Notes: generated from the letters alone by a model not told the origin. Numbered from the stretch's first letter, positions 10,459 to 20,815 are shown. The stretch is 64,000 nt of DNA from an uncultured Chloroflexia bacterium (GCA_963810095.1 CAWEMM010000010.1:32001-96000); one strand, 5' to 3'. Program-made: numbers and translations.

Positions 10459-11663
10459 TTAGCGGCCGGTCAACAGCTTGTTGCTGGCCTTGACCGAAAT
10501 TTCGGGCATCATCCCGTTGCGCAGCATGACCTGTTGCAGCAGGCGTTCCAGGTCGGCCTTTTCGCCCTGGGTCACCAGCGCCAGCTCGTGGGCGCGGGCC
10601 AGTACGTATGGGTAACCGGTCGGCTCGCAGTTCGCGTAAACCACCGCCTGCGCAATGTCGAGCCAGTCCTCGCGGGCGGCGACCCAGCCCGGCACTTCGA
10701 TGCGGGCGACCGCCAGGTCCTCGCTGCGGGAGGGGTGTGCGACGTTAAGGTAGGCGAAGGCCACCCGGTCGCCGCCCGAGCGGCCGGCGTAGCGGTCGTT
10801 GGCGTTCGAGTAGGGCGGGAAGAGGCCGGTTCGCTCGTTGGGAGCCAGGTCGTCGAGCAACACCCGGTCGGTGAGGCCCACGAAACCGGCCCTGCGCGCA
10901 GCGACTCGCGGGTGATGGCCTCGTACGCCAGGCCCATCAGCTCGAGGATGCGCAGGACGAACGCACTGCCGGGCCGGTCCACATAGCCGACCGGTATGGC
11001 CTGCACCTTGCGCAGGCGTTCGAGCTGCCCGATGACGAAGTCGATTTCTTCGTTGATTTTGTCCGATCGCTGCGGGTCGGGGCGGAGCCACGGGAGGAGT
11101 GGGCCGTCGACGAGCGCGACGATGGGCACCGAGAGGTCGCCGCCGAGCGCCGCGCGTTCCTGCTCGGCCAGCCGCGCCAGCGCTTCAATTTCGCGGCGGC
11201 CGCGCAGCAGGCTGACCTCGTCGTTGCCGATCACCTGTCCTTCGTCGTCGTACACGTCCTCGTCGGCGAAGAAGATTTCGGGTGCGCTGTCGGTCGAAGG
11301 CGCCAGCCGCGAACCCTTGCGAAAGACAATCGTGCCGGTGTTGACGAGATAGTACGTGGTGATCGCATGGCGGTCTGGGAAGATCTGGCTGCCGTCGGTG
11401 GCAATCAGGATCGCCTCGGGGACTTCCCGCGTCACGGAGTGCCGCTCGTCCAGGCAATTGCCCAGCGGCTTGGCGCCCCGGCGCCATTCGTCGGTCTCAC
11501 GCGCCTTGTCGATCTTGCGTAAGAGTTCGTCGGTGACTACCGGGTTGGCCGCCAACAGCGCTGATGCTTCGGCGCCGCGCTTCTGGGCGTCCGCCCGGCG
11601 CTCGGCCAGCTTCTGCCCCATTACGTCGACCTGTCCGGTCAGCCGGTTGAGTTCCAGCGTCAC
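10459..11663 (-). CDS. nurA: NurA family 5'-3' nuclease (frameshift near 10890)
   Basis: GTG start after AGGAG; ATDGSQ, LVDGPL, then in the next frame ARIEVPGW and GYPYVLARAHELA. Confidence 0.87.
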
Positions 11664-11826
11664 TTCTGTGCTCCTGGCTCGTCGTTTCAACACAGGGACA
11701 CCGAGCCCGAAGGCTTGGCGTCCCTGCGTCAGTAGTGCGTGGCATCGAACGGATTTTCGCTACGCATTATAACAAGAGTCGCCGCGCCAGGCAAGCGATC
11801 CGAGACGCTCTCAACAAATCGAGCGA

Positions 11827-11855
11827 TTGACAAATTGGGCGCGTCGACTTAGAAT
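11827..11855 (+). promoter_or_regulatory. Sigma70-type promoter
   Basis: TTGACA-17 bp-TAGAAT upstream of 11968. Confidence 0.7.
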
Positions 11856-11967
11856 TGATATATAGGTTTTTGGACGGCGTTTTTTCGCGTCGAGCACCCG
11901 GCGGATGTGTGGTTGCCCGCTCGACCGAGCAAAACAGGACCGTTTTCCTTCAGCCAAGGAGGGCCTC

Positions 11968-14250
11968 ATGGCCGAACCTCTCCGCGCGATCGTGGGGCAG
12001 TTTAGTAGCTCGGGCGGGCAGTGGCAGCCGCGTGCGGCAAACGTGCGCGCCGTCGAGCCGGCCCCTGACCATCCGCGAGCGGAACGGGGCAGCCTATACC
12101 TGCTGATCGAAGTGACAGGCGCGGGGGGCGGCCACGCGGCCCTGTACCGTCAGCTGCTGAACGCTGCGCAGACCGCCTATTACGAGGTGGGCGAAGCCGT
12201 AGAGGTCGCACTCCGCCAGGCAGTGCGCGAGGTCCAAGCGATTCTGCGCCGCGCCAACGAGGCACTGCCCGAGGCGCAATGGCGTGCCGGCATGACCATG
12301 GTCGTTCGTTACGGGTCGCAACTCGTGATCGGCCAGGCCGGGCCGTCGTTACTCTTGGTCAGCCATCCCAAGACGGTCAACGTGTATCCCGAGAAGCCGG
12401 GCGAGTCGGGCCCCGCGCTGGGTGGCACCGAGCGGCCCGAGGTCTTCATTTATGATGCGACGTTGGAGGCGGGCAGCATCGCGCTGCTTGCTCAGAGCGA
12501 CTGGGGCAAGCAGGTCCGGCTGGAAGCCCTCGCCGTTGCGGCCGCTGCGACCGGCGTAAACGCCGCAACCCAGTATCTGGGGCAGCTGGCCGGCAAAGCG
12601 GACTTGAGCGCCCTGCTGATCGGGTTCGATTACGACATTCCCTCCGTTAAGGAAGGGTCTACCGGCATTAAGCCGCTGCCGGCGGGCGGTCCGACGGGGG
12701 TCCCTCCCCAGGCAGAGGGCGAGCCCGAGCAAGCCAAGCCGCGCGGCCTGTTCGCCGGGCTGTTCGCCAAGAACCGGGTGGCCGAACGCAACGAGCCAGG
12801 GGATGATGCCCAAAGCGCGGCTAATGTGGTGGAGGAATCGGCCGAGCCTGATGCGCCCGTGGTTCCCATCGCCGCGTCGGTCAAGGCCGTTGCCGTCACC
12901 GCCCCGGCACCCGTGCCTGCAGAGCCTCCGCCCTCGGCCGAAGAATGGAAGGCAGCGACCGCCCGCGAGCAGTGGATGGCCGCCCCGCCTGCGGCTGCCG
13001 TCGCCCCTGTCGCCGTCAACGAGCCCGAGGTCGAGGAAGCGCCTTTCATCCCTGCGCCGCCCCCCAAAAAGGGACGGAGCGCGTGGGCGTTGGTCCTCGC
13101 AGTCGTGATGATTCCGCTCCTGATCGTCGGGGTCGTCGTCGCCATGCTATACGTGCGCACCCAAGCGGCAGACAAGCAGTTCGCGGACGTGCTGGCGGGC
13201 GCACAGAACATCGTCACGCAGGCGGAACAGACGACCGACGACGCCGCGGCTGCACAGCGGCTCGCCGGCGCCAAGGAGTTCCTGGACCAGGCCAAGGCGC
13301 TGCGGCCCACAGATGCGGCATACAAGGACCTCCAGGCCCGTTACGAGAACCTCGTCATGCGGGTCGAGAAGGTGACGCCGCTGTACGGCATCGTGCCGCT
13401 GTGGCCGTTCAAGCCCGAGACCGGGCACGACCTGGCGCGATCGGTCGTCAGCGGCGAGTCGGTGTTCGTGCTCGACAAGGGACCGAACGCAGTCTACCGC
13501 TTTATTCGTTCTTCCCTCGGCGACAATGTCAAGCCTGCTTCGGATAAGCCGGTGGTGCAGAAGGGCGACCCTGCGGGGGACAAGACGCTCGGCGACCTGG
13601 TCGACATGGCGTGGATTGAGGCTGCCACGGCGAACCAGCGGAGCATGTTGCACGTGCTCGATACAACGGGCGAGTTGATGGGCTACGACGAAGTGTACGG
13701 GGAGAAGCGCCTGAAGATCAACCGCGACAAGTGGGTGACGCCCCAGCTAATCACGGGCTACAACGGCAACCTGTACGTGGCCGATCCTGGCGCCGACCAG
13801 GTTTGGCGCTACACGCCGACGGCGAACGGCTACGAAGGCGAGGCGACGGCTTGGTTCCAGGCCGGCAAGGCGCCCGACATGGCGAACCTCGCAGGCATGG
13901 CGATTGACGGCCGCATCTGGCTGCTCTATTCGGACGGCCGGCTCCTCAAGTTCCTGAGCGGCGACCAGCAGCCCTTTGCGTGGAGCGACCTGCCCACGCC
14001 CCTCAACAACCCGACTTCGCTCGCAGTCTCTCAGGAGGGCGACCGGCTGTACGTGGCCGACCCGGGCAATGCACGCATCATCGAGGCCACCAAGGACGGC
14101 AAGTTCCTGCGCCAGTTCAAGGCCCGCGAGGGCGACGTGCTGCGCAATGTACGCCACATATACCTCGATGAGGCCAAGGGACTCTTCTACATCCTGACGG
14201 GCGACCAGCTGTACAAGGCCAGCGTGCCGCAGCCCGGCAAGACACAATAG
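11968..14250 (+). CDS. Membrane-anchored protein: PP2C-like N-domain, Pro/Ala linker, one TM helix, C-terminal NHL/beta-propeller
   Basis: ATG after AAGGAGG; TM WALVLAVVMIPLLIVGVVVAML; repeated LYVADPG / IWLLYSDG / FYILTG blades. Confidence 0.7.
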   Translation: MAEPLRAIVGQFSSSGGQWQPRAANVRAVEPAPDHPRAERGSLYLLIEVTGAGGGHAALYRQLLNAAQTAYYEVGEAVEVALRQAVREVQAILRRANEALPEAQWRAGMTMVVRYGSQLVIGQAGPSLLLVSHPKTVNVYPEKPGESGPALGGTERPEVFIYDATLEAGSIALLAQSDWGKQVRLEALAVAAAATGVNAATQYLGQLAGKADLSALLIGFDYDIPSVKEGSTGIKPLPAGGPTGVPPQAEGEPEQAKPRGLFAGLFAKNRVAERNEPGDDAQSAANVVEESAEPDAPVVPIAASVKAVAVTAPAPVPAEPPPSAEEWKAATAREQWMAAPPAAAVAPVAVNEPEVEEAPFIPAPPPKKGRSAWALVLAVVMIPLLIVGVVVAMLYVRTQAADKQFADVLAGAQNIVTQAEQTTDDAAAAQRLAGAKEFLDQAKALRPTDAAYKDLQARYENLVMRVEKVTPLYGIVPLWPFKPETGHDLARSVVSGESVFVLDKGPNAVYRFIRSSLGDNVKPASDKPVVQKGDPAGDKTLGDLVDMAWIEAATANQRSMLHVLDTTGELMGYDEVYGEKRLKINRDKWVTPQLITGYNGNLYVADPGADQVWRYTPTANGYEGEATAWFQAGKAPDMANLAGMAIDGRIWLLYSDGRLLKFLSGDQQPFAWSDLPTPLNNPTSLAVSQEGDRLYVADPGNARIIEATKDGKFLRQFKAREGDVLRNVRHIYLDEAKGLFYILTGDQLYKASVPQPGKTQ

Positions 14251-14275
14251 TCCTGTCACCTGATCCAGACGCAGC

Positions 14276-14314
14276 AAGCCCGGTGGCTGCCCATGGGCGG
14301 CCACCGGGCTTTTT
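14276..14314 (+). terminator. Rho-independent terminator
   Basis: aagcccggtggctgccc-at-gggcggccaccgggcttttt hairpin plus U-tract after the stop at 14250. Confidence 0.75.
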
Positions 14315-14329
14315 GTCGTTGCGTGCCTC

Positions 14330-14416
14330 GTACGGGCCGGTCTCTGACCGTGCCCCGTCTGGCCCGGGCGCCAGCCAAGCCGGCGTACGAGACCGGCCAG
14401 AGCATTTTTCGGATAG
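14330..14416. repeat. REP/MITE-like palindromic element, copy 1 (paired with 58693-58774)
   Basis: ggccggtctctgaccgtgccccgtctgg...gagaccggccagagcatttttcggatag occurs in reverse-complement at 58693. Confidence 0.85.
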
Positions 14417-14420
14417 ATTC

Positions 14421-16223
14421 TCAGGGCTTGAAGGTGATGTAGAAGCTCGTTCCCCCCGACCGGTCGACCGCGAGCTCACCGTCGATTTGCCTGACAAGGA
14501 TGACGGCGAGTTGCAGGCCCAACGACTTCGCCTGCAGGATGTCGAGGTGGGTGGGCAACCCAACACCATTGTCGCTGACGCTCAGGTGGAGCCGCCCGTC
14601 CCCGGCCTTCGTCAGCTCGACCGCGAGGAGCCCCTCGCGCCCGTCGGGGAAGGCGTGGCTCAGCGCATTGGCGACCAGTTCATTCACGATGAGGCCACAG
14701 GGCACGGCGGTGTCGATGCTCAGCCAGGCTTCTACCACGTCCATTCGAAGCAAAACGGCAGCGGGATTGGCTTGGTAGGTGCGGAACAGGTGCCCCACCA
14801 GGCTGCGCAGGTAATCCCCCAGCTCGATGGCCGTGAGATCTGGCGAAGCGTAAAGCTTCTCGTGAATCAGAGACATTGCCCGGATGCGCGACTGGCCATC
14901 CCGCAGAATTTCCGCTGCGGAACGGCTCCCCGCGGTGTAAGCTTGCAGGCTGAACAGGCTGTACACCACTTGCAGGTTATTCTTGACCCGGTGATGCACC
15001 TCCTTGAGCAAGACCTCTTTCTCCTTCAGCGACACACGCAGCTGCGCCTCCGCAAGCTCATGCTGGCCGACCTCCGCTTCAAGCGCGGCATTCGCCCGGA
15101 CAAGCTCCTGCGTGCGTTCCTGCACGCGTGCCTCGAGCTCGTCTCGGGCGCTCAGCAGCCGCTCATTCAGCTCCTGCTGGGCCTCGCGCAAGGCATTGTT
15201 TTCCACGATGGCGAGGAATTGCCGGGCTCCTAGCAGGAGGACGATGCTGCCCAGCGTGATCACGAGTACAGGAAACTCGACGCCTGTCGGATAGAAGTGA
15301 TCCCAGGCGAGCAGCCCCAGCGCAAGGATCATCGCGCCGTAGGGCAGCGCGACGCTCCAACTCACGAGCTGGACTGATTCGTGCCTGTGGGCGTGTGCTT
15401 CATTCTGTGGACGCGTTGTCTCAGGCCGGAGCGAGAGGGTGCGTATGGCTGCCAAGGCGAAGAAGATGTAGGTGATCGTGTAGCCCAGGTCGACGAAGCC
15501 GCCGCTGATGTACGTGTCGTCGACGACCTGGTAGCTGAAGAGCGTGTCGGTCAGCAGCATGAACGCCGCACCCGCTGCCAGCAGCTTGAGCGCGGGCTGG
15601 CTTGCCGGCGAGACCCGGCGGCTGAGCAGCAGCAAGAGGGCCGAGAAGAGCGCGATGTCGCCCGCCGGATAGGCGAGGGCCACGCCCAGGCTCAGGGTGC
15701 TGAGGTCTGAACTGCTGACGAGCGGGCCGAAGGCAAAGGTCCAGAACAGCAAGGCGCCGGCAAGCAGGGTGCTTCCCATATCGAGGCCCAACTTGAAGCG
15801 CTGGCCGGGCGTTTGGGGCATTGCCGGGAGCAACACAAGCCCGGCCACAAACAGCGGGTAGAACGCGAGATATAAGGGATCTGCCGGGGAAGGGACGGGG
15901 ACCCGTCCTTGCGCCTGCTGGATCAGCCACCACGCGCCGTCGCCCAACGTGCTGGCCAGAACCGCCAGGGCCAGGAAGATCCAGCCCAGGTAGAGACGTC
16001 CCCCGGCTTGGAATGACCGGAAGCCGACCACGCCAAGGGCGACCGTTGCCGCCGCCGACTCCGCCAGGCTGAGCAGGTTCCCGGCGGAGCTAAGCAGCGC
16101 GGGATTGTCCGACAGGCTAAGGGTGAGGGCAAAATGGCCGAGCAGAACAACTGCGGCCCCCACTACGGCGGTGGGCCACAGGCGACTCGAACCTGGTGGG
16201 AGTAGGCTTCGCGATACGGTCAT
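14421..16223 (-). CDS. Membrane sensor histidine kinase (HisKA_2 type)
   Basis: About 9 TM helices, then EVHHRVKNNLQ (H-box), NELVANA, DNGVG and SLGLQL. Confidence 0.9.
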   Translation of the reverse strand: MTVSRSLLPPGSSRLWPTAVVGAAVVLLGHFALTLSLSDNPALLSSAGNLLSLAESAAATVALGVVGFRSFQAGGRLYLGWIFLALAVLASTLGDGAWWLIQQAQGRVPVPSPADPLYLAFYPLFVAGLVLLPAMPQTPGQRFKLGLDMGSTLLAGALLFWTFAFGPLVSSSDLSTLSLGVALAYPAGDIALFSALLLLLSRRVSPASQPALKLLAAGAAFMLLTDTLFSYQVVDDTYISGGFVDLGYTITYIFFALAAIRTLSLRPETTRPQNEAHAHRHESVQLVSWSVALPYGAMILALGLLAWDHFYPTGVEFPVLVITLGSIVLLLGARQFLAIVENNALREAQQELNERLLSARDELEARVQERTQELVRANAALEAEVGQHELAEAQLRVSLKEKEVLLKEVHHRVKNNLQVVYSLFSLQAYTAGSRSAAEILRDGQSRIRAMSLIHEKLYASPDLTAIELGDYLRSLVGHLFRTYQANPAAVLLRMDVVEAWLSIDTAVPCGLIVNELVANALSHAFPDGREGLLAVELTKAGDGRLHLSVSDNGVGLPTHLDILQAKSLGLQLAVILVRQIDGELAVDRSGGTSFYITFKP

Positions 16224-16688
16224 CGAGCGATTCGGCTGTGCGGTGCTTCCGGTTCGTCGGGCGGCACGGACATCCTGTTAGTGATGCAGTGCTGACCGAG
16301 TGAAAGACGATGTTAGCAAACCGCGGCGCCTCGGCAGCGGGCTTATTTGCGACCGGGTTAGTATAGCATGATGGGCGCAAAGTTGCGGACTTGCGGACGG
16401 CGTGCACGTACTGCGGTCGCATAGCGAAAAAGGTCCGGCCCAGAGACTGCAGAGGCAGCAGGGAAGGCGGCGCGGGCGGAAGCAGCGCTGCGTGCGCCAG
16501 GGTTTGCTGCTGCGCCCGAAGCATCCTCTGTGGCAAACGGGCCGTGTTCACCCCCGGTTGGGTTAAGGCGGGCACGTCGGATGGAACCGGGGGCGAAGCG
16601 ACGTCGTCTCAGTTCAAGGCGAGACTACGCTGTGGGCGCGCCTAGCTTTTCTTTGGGCCTGTGCCCGCTGAGGTTATAATTAGGAACC

Positions 16689-18134
16689 ATGTCGCAAACC
16701 TCCACACCTAGCAACCGGCCCCCCTCAGGCCGGCGTTCACTTATCTCCGGCCTCCTGCTCGGCGGGTTGCTGACCATCTTCGTCGCCATGTTCGCCTACG
16801 TTGCCTACCTGTTCCTTTCGTGGGGCCAGGTCGAAGCGCAACAGGCGCCCGATTTGCCCCCGCTGGCACTGCCCAAGATCGTCCGATCCGCGGCGCAGGA
16901 GAACGCCCAGCCGGCCGCGGCGCAGATTCCATTCTTCCGGCAGGCCGGCCGGTCGGCTCAGCAAGAGGAAGTCGCTCCTGCCGTTAAGCGCACTACGATC
17001 CTGCTCCTCGGCGTGGATGCTCGTCCCGGCCAGAAGATCGCCCGGACTGACTCGATCATCCTGCTGACCTTTAACCCGGAAACGAACGCGGCAGGCATGC
17101 TCTCGATCCCGCGCGATCTCAAGGTCAGGCCGTCGGCGATGAACCGGGATATGAAGATCACATCCGTGTATCCGGCCGGTGAGGCCGTGAGCTACCCGGG
17201 CGGCGGCGCGGCCCTCCTGGAAGAGACCATTACGGAGCTGCTCGGCTACCCCATCGACCAGTATGTGATCGTCAACTTCGACGGCTTCAAGCAGATCATC
17301 GACCTGATCGGCGGCGTCGACATTACGGTGCCGTACGAAATCTACGATGACAAGTATCCTGACGACAGCTACGGATACTTGCCGCCGGTCCATTTCCTGC
17401 CGGGCAAGCAGCACATGGACGGCGACACGGCCTTAAAGTATGCGCGCACCCGCCACGCCGATAACGACTACGCCCGGGCCGGCCGCCAGCAGCAGGTCAT
17501 CATGGCGATCAAGGACAAGGTGACGCAGCCGGGCCAGATGGCGGCGCTCCTGCCGCGCTTGCCGGGGCTGGCCGTCGCCATGGCCAATTCCCTGCAGACC
17601 GATATCCCGATCGACAAGGCCCTCACGCTCGCCCGGGTCATGGACAAAATGGACCTGAACAACATCGCGCGGGTGGTGATCAACCCCAAGATGGGCACGG
17701 TCATCCAGAATGACGGCGCGCTCGGTTACACGCTGGTGCCCGACGTGCCCAAGGTGCGTGCCGCAGCCGACGCGATCTTTGCGGACCAGGCCACCGGCCC
17801 GTCGCCGGAAGAGGTGCAACGCCAGACGATCCAGGCGGAGGCGGCGCGCATCGTGCTGCTGAACGGCACCCAGGAAAAGGGTCTCGCCTCGAAAATGCAG
17901 GCGAAGCTGATCACGCAGGGTTACAACGTGACGACGGTGGGAAATGCGGACCGCGCCGATTACGACAAGAGCACGTTGGTTATCTACGGTTCGCCCAAGC
18001 AGGCGACTGTGGATGCGCTGATGACTTGGTTTGGCATCTCCGAAGATCGCGTTACAACCCAGCCTGCCGACGAGGACAAGGACATCGCCGTTATCGTAGG
18101 CGGCGACCAATCAGTGGCGGCCGCACAGAAGTAG
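16689..18134 (+). CDS. LCP (LytR-CpsA-Psr) family protein with LytR C-terminal domain
   Basis: N-terminal TM, ILLLGVD, RTDSII, SIPRD, ARTRH..D..RAGRQQ; C-terminal VLLNGT..GLA. Confidence 0.9.
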   Translation: MSQTSTPSNRPPSGRRSLISGLLLGGLLTIFVAMFAYVAYLFLSWGQVEAQQAPDLPPLALPKIVRSAAQENAQPAAAQIPFFRQAGRSAQQEEVAPAVKRTTILLLGVDARPGQKIARTDSIILLTFNPETNAAGMLSIPRDLKVRPSAMNRDMKITSVYPAGEAVSYPGGGAALLEETITELLGYPIDQYVIVNFDGFKQIIDLIGGVDITVPYEIYDDKYPDDSYGYLPPVHFLPGKQHMDGDTALKYARTRHADNDYARAGRQQQVIMAIKDKVTQPGQMAALLPRLPGLAVAMANSLQTDIPIDKALTLARVMDKMDLNNIARVVINPKMGTVIQNDGALGYTLVPDVPKVRAAADAIFADQATGPSPEEVQRQTIQAEAARIVLLNGTQEKGLASKMQAKLITQGYNVTTVGNADRADYDKSTLVIYGSPKQATVDALMTWFGISEDRVTTQPADEDKDIAVIVGGDQSVAAAQK

Positions 18135-18175
18135 ACGCGGAGCTGCGGCCGGCAATAAGTGCATTTTTGCACATC

Positions 18176-18218
18176 TATGATTGTGGTCATTGCGATTCGT
18201 ACCCTCGTGTGATAACAC
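18176..18218 (+). promoter_or_regulatory. CRP/FNR-like site plus extended -10 (regulon site 1)
   Basis: TATGA-ttgtgg-TCATT, with TGaTAACAC hexamer starting 37 bp after the motif start. Confidence 0.6.
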
Positions 18219-18248
18219 GGGGGTACTTTAGTTAAGAAGGCCAGTAGT

Positions 18249-18605
18249 ATGCAGCTTCGTGAGGTCATGGCGACGCTGGGCGCGCGCCTGATATCTTCGC
18301 ATTGCGATCCCACCACCGAAATCCGCGCCGGGTTCGCGGCCGATCTGATGAGCGACGCCTTGCGCTACGACCTTTCGCAAGCGCTCCTGGTTTCGGGTCT
18401 CGCGAATCCCCAGGTCGTTCGGACCGCGGAAATGGCCGATGTGGCGGCGATCCTGATGGTGCGCGGCAAAATACCGCCGGCGGATACGCTCGACCTTGCG
18501 GAGGAGATCGGCATCCCTTTTTTGAGCACGGAGCTCACCATGTTTGAGTCGTGCGGCCGGCTCTTTTGTGCGGGTCTATCGCCCTGTAAGCGTCTATACT
18601 CCTGA
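18249..18605 (+). CDS. DRTGG domain protein
   Basis: AADLMSDAL..GLANPQVVRTAEMAD..RGK..MFESCGRL. Confidence 0.85.
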   Translation: MQLREVMATLGARLISSHCDPTTEIRAGFAADLMSDALRYDLSQALLVSGLANPQVVRTAEMADVAAILMVRGKIPPADTLDLAEEIGIPFLSTELTMFESCGRLFCAGLSPCKRLYS

Positions 18606-19546
18606 TGTCCCCCACCGAGGTCTTTAAGGCGCAGGAACTGGTCTACGAGCTGAGGATCGGCGACATCATGACGCGCGAGCTGATCACGGTGACGCCCGAG
18701 ACGACGATGCGCGCGGTCAAGCAATTGCTGCGAGACCAGAAGATCTCCGGGCTGCCGGTGATGCGCGAGGAGCAACTGGTTGGCATCATCAGCATCGAGA
18801 ACCTGATCCGCGCGCTCGAGGCGAACGACCTCGACGCCGAGGTCAACCGCTACATGTCGACGCTCCTATTCACGATTGGCGAGCGCGAGTCCGCGGTGCG
18901 GGCGCTTAACGTGTTCGGCCGGGCCGGGGTCGGCCGGCTGCCGGTCGTCGACGACGACGGCAAGCTGGTTGGCATTCTCACTCCCGGCGACATCACGCGG
19001 GGGGTGCTGCGGGCGCTCGAGCGAGCGTATCACGAGGAAGAGATCCGCAAGTACCGCGTGCGGCACGTGTTTGAGGACATCACTTCGGACCGCACGAGTC
19101 TGATCCTGCGCTACGACATCACTGTGCGCGACTTCAACAAGGCGGGCCGCGCGTCGAGCCACCTCAAGCAGACGCTCGTCCGCTTGGGCATCGACCCGCG
19201 CATCGTGCGCCGGGTGGCAATCGTATCGTATGAAGCCGAGATGAACATCGTGATTCACTCGGAAACCGGGGGCAACCTGGTGGCCGAGATCAACCCGGAG
19301 CTGATCGCCATCCTCGCGTACGATTCCGGACCAGGGATCGAGGATGTGAAAGCGGCCATGCAGCCGGGCTGGAGCACCGCGCCAGACTGGATTCGCGAGA
19401 TGGGCTTCGGCGCGGGCATGGGACTGGCCAACATCAAGGCCACCGCGGACGAGATGTATCTTGACTCGTGGCCGCGCAAGGGAACGAAGCTGGAAGCGGT
19501 CATCTACCTAAAACCCGGGGAGGGGAAGGGAAACCATGAATCTTAA
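18605..19546 (+). CDS. CBS-pair + anti-sigma-type Ser/Thr kinase (HATPase_c) fusion
   Basis: Two CBS repeats, then YEAEMNIVIH, DSGPGI and GFGAGMGLANIK. Confidence 0.85.
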   Translation: MSPTEVFKAQELVYELRIGDIMTRELITVTPETTMRAVKQLLRDQKISGLPVMREEQLVGIISIENLIRALEANDLDAEVNRYMSTLLFTIGERESAVRALNVFGRAGVGRLPVVDDDGKLVGILTPGDITRGVLRALERAYHEEEIRKYRVRHVFEDITSDRTSLILRYDITVRDFNKAGRASSHLKQTLVRLGIDPRIVRRVAIVSYEAEMNIVIHSETGGNLVAEINPELIAILAYDSGPGIEDVKAAMQPGWSTAPDWIREMGFGAGMGLANIKATADEMYLDSWPRKGTKLEAVIYLKPGEGKGNHES

Positions 19547-19871
19547 GGCCATTGTCGACGCGCTCGAACTGCGGGTGGCTGCGGGCGGCGAGCGCCTGGA
19601 TGGCGAAGTAACGGGCGGCTACAGCTCAGACCTGTTGAGCTGTGCGATGGCGGGCGCCGGCAAGGGCGACGTCTGGGTGACGCTGCAGGGGCATCTGAAC
19701 GTGGTGGCCGTGGCCAGCCTGAACGAGTTGGCGGCGGTCATCATCACGGAGAACAAGCCCGTGGCTGCGGAGACGGCGAGCAAGGCCGAAGAAGAAGGCG
19801 TCGTCCTCCTGCAAACCCCGCTGTCCTCCTACCAGGTCATCGGCCGCTTGTGGGATCTCGGGGTGCGTTGA
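19536..19871 (+). CDS. DRTGG domain protein
   Basis: GGYSSDLLS..WVTLQGHLNVVAVASL. Confidence 0.85.
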   Translation: MNLKAIVDALELRVAAGGERLDGEVTGGYSSDLLSCAMAGAGKGDVWVTLQGHLNVVAVASLNELAAVIITENKPVAAETASKAEEEGVVLLQTPLSSYQVIGRLWDLGVR

Positions 19872-19873
19872 TT

Positions 19874-19933
19874 AAACACAAAGACACCAAGGCACAGCGT
19901 TTTCGAGCCCTAGCGTCCTTGTGTCTTTGTGTC
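19874..19933. repeat. Inverted-repeat element, 'ACACAAAG' family, copy 1
   Basis: aaacacaaagacaccaaggcac...gtccttgtgtctttgtgt. Confidence 0.85.
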
Positions 19934-19947
19934 TAAAGATGCCTTCC

Positions 19948-20688
19948 ATGCACACGATCTACGCTGACCTGCACCTGCACACGGTCCTCTCGGCGTGCGC
20001 CGAGGTCGAGATGGTTCCCCCGCTGATCGTGCGTCGCGCGCTGGAGTTGGGGCTTAACCTGCTCGCTGTCACCGATCATAACGCGGCCGCGAACTGCGCC
20101 GCGGTGATGCAGGCAGCGGAGGGGACCGGGCTCATCGTCGTGCCGGGAATGGAAGTGCAGACGGCCGAGGAAGTTCACATGCTGTGCCTGTTTGAGACGC
20201 TCGAGCAGGCGCTGACGTGGCAGGGCATCGTGTTCGACCACTTGCCCGACCTGCCAAACAACGAGGACGCCTTCGGCGGGCAATATGTCGTGGACCGCGA
20301 GGGCGACTACGTCCGGACCGAGGGACGGCTCTTGGCTACGTCGTGCGACCTCGCGGTGGAAGAGGCAGCGCGGCGGGTCACAGCGCTGGGCGGCCTGCCC
20401 ATCCCCGCCCACATCGACCGGGATATGTTTAGCCTCATCGCCAACCTCGGCTTTGTGCCGCGCGATCTCCCCGTGCCCGCACTCGAGCTTTTTCGCCTGA
20501 CGCAGCCCCAGCAACTCATCGCGACGCATCCCGAAATCGCCGCCTATCCTCTCGTGCGCGACAGCGACGCACACCAACTGAGCGACATGCGCCGGAGCGT
20601 TGTTTTCGAGGCCGAGACGGTCTCGTTCGATTCCCTTCGCAGCGCCCTGGGGGCCAGGAGTATGAGGTTGTACCACAAGGACCGCTGA
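19948..20688 (+). CDS. PHP domain phosphoesterase
   Basis: DLHLHT, TDHN, GMEV..EEVH, PAHIDR and SDAH. Confidence 0.88.
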   Translation: MHTIYADLHLHTVLSACAEVEMVPPLIVRRALELGLNLLAVTDHNAAANCAAVMQAAEGTGLIVVPGMEVQTAEEVHMLCLFETLEQALTWQGIVFDHLPDLPNNEDAFGGQYVVDREGDYVRTEGRLLATSCDLAVEEAARRVTALGGLPIPAHIDRDMFSLIANLGFVPRDLPVPALELFRLTQPQQLIATHPEIAAYPLVRDSDAHQLSDMRRSVVFEAETVSFDSLRSALGARSMRLYHKDR

Positions 20689-20735
20689 CATTGCAGCCCC
20701 GCGCGCAACCCTGCCACTTCCTTCGGACCGTTACT

Positions 20736-20778
20736 TATGACCCGCGTCATTTTAGTACGTCCCCTTCCGTGCTATACT
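20736..20778 (+). promoter_or_regulatory. CRP/FNR-like site plus extended -10 (regulon site 2, internal promoter for hydC)
   Basis: TATGA-cccgcg-TCATT; TGcTATACT hexamer at +37. Confidence 0.65.
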
Positions 20779-20815
20779 GCACAAATGGCTACGTGGGATA
20801 TTTCACATACGGACG

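Noticed and set aside
16420-16450. RNase P RNA-like 'gaaaaaggtccgg'
   Set aside because: Lacks the GAGGAAAGUCC core and the 3' conserved segment.
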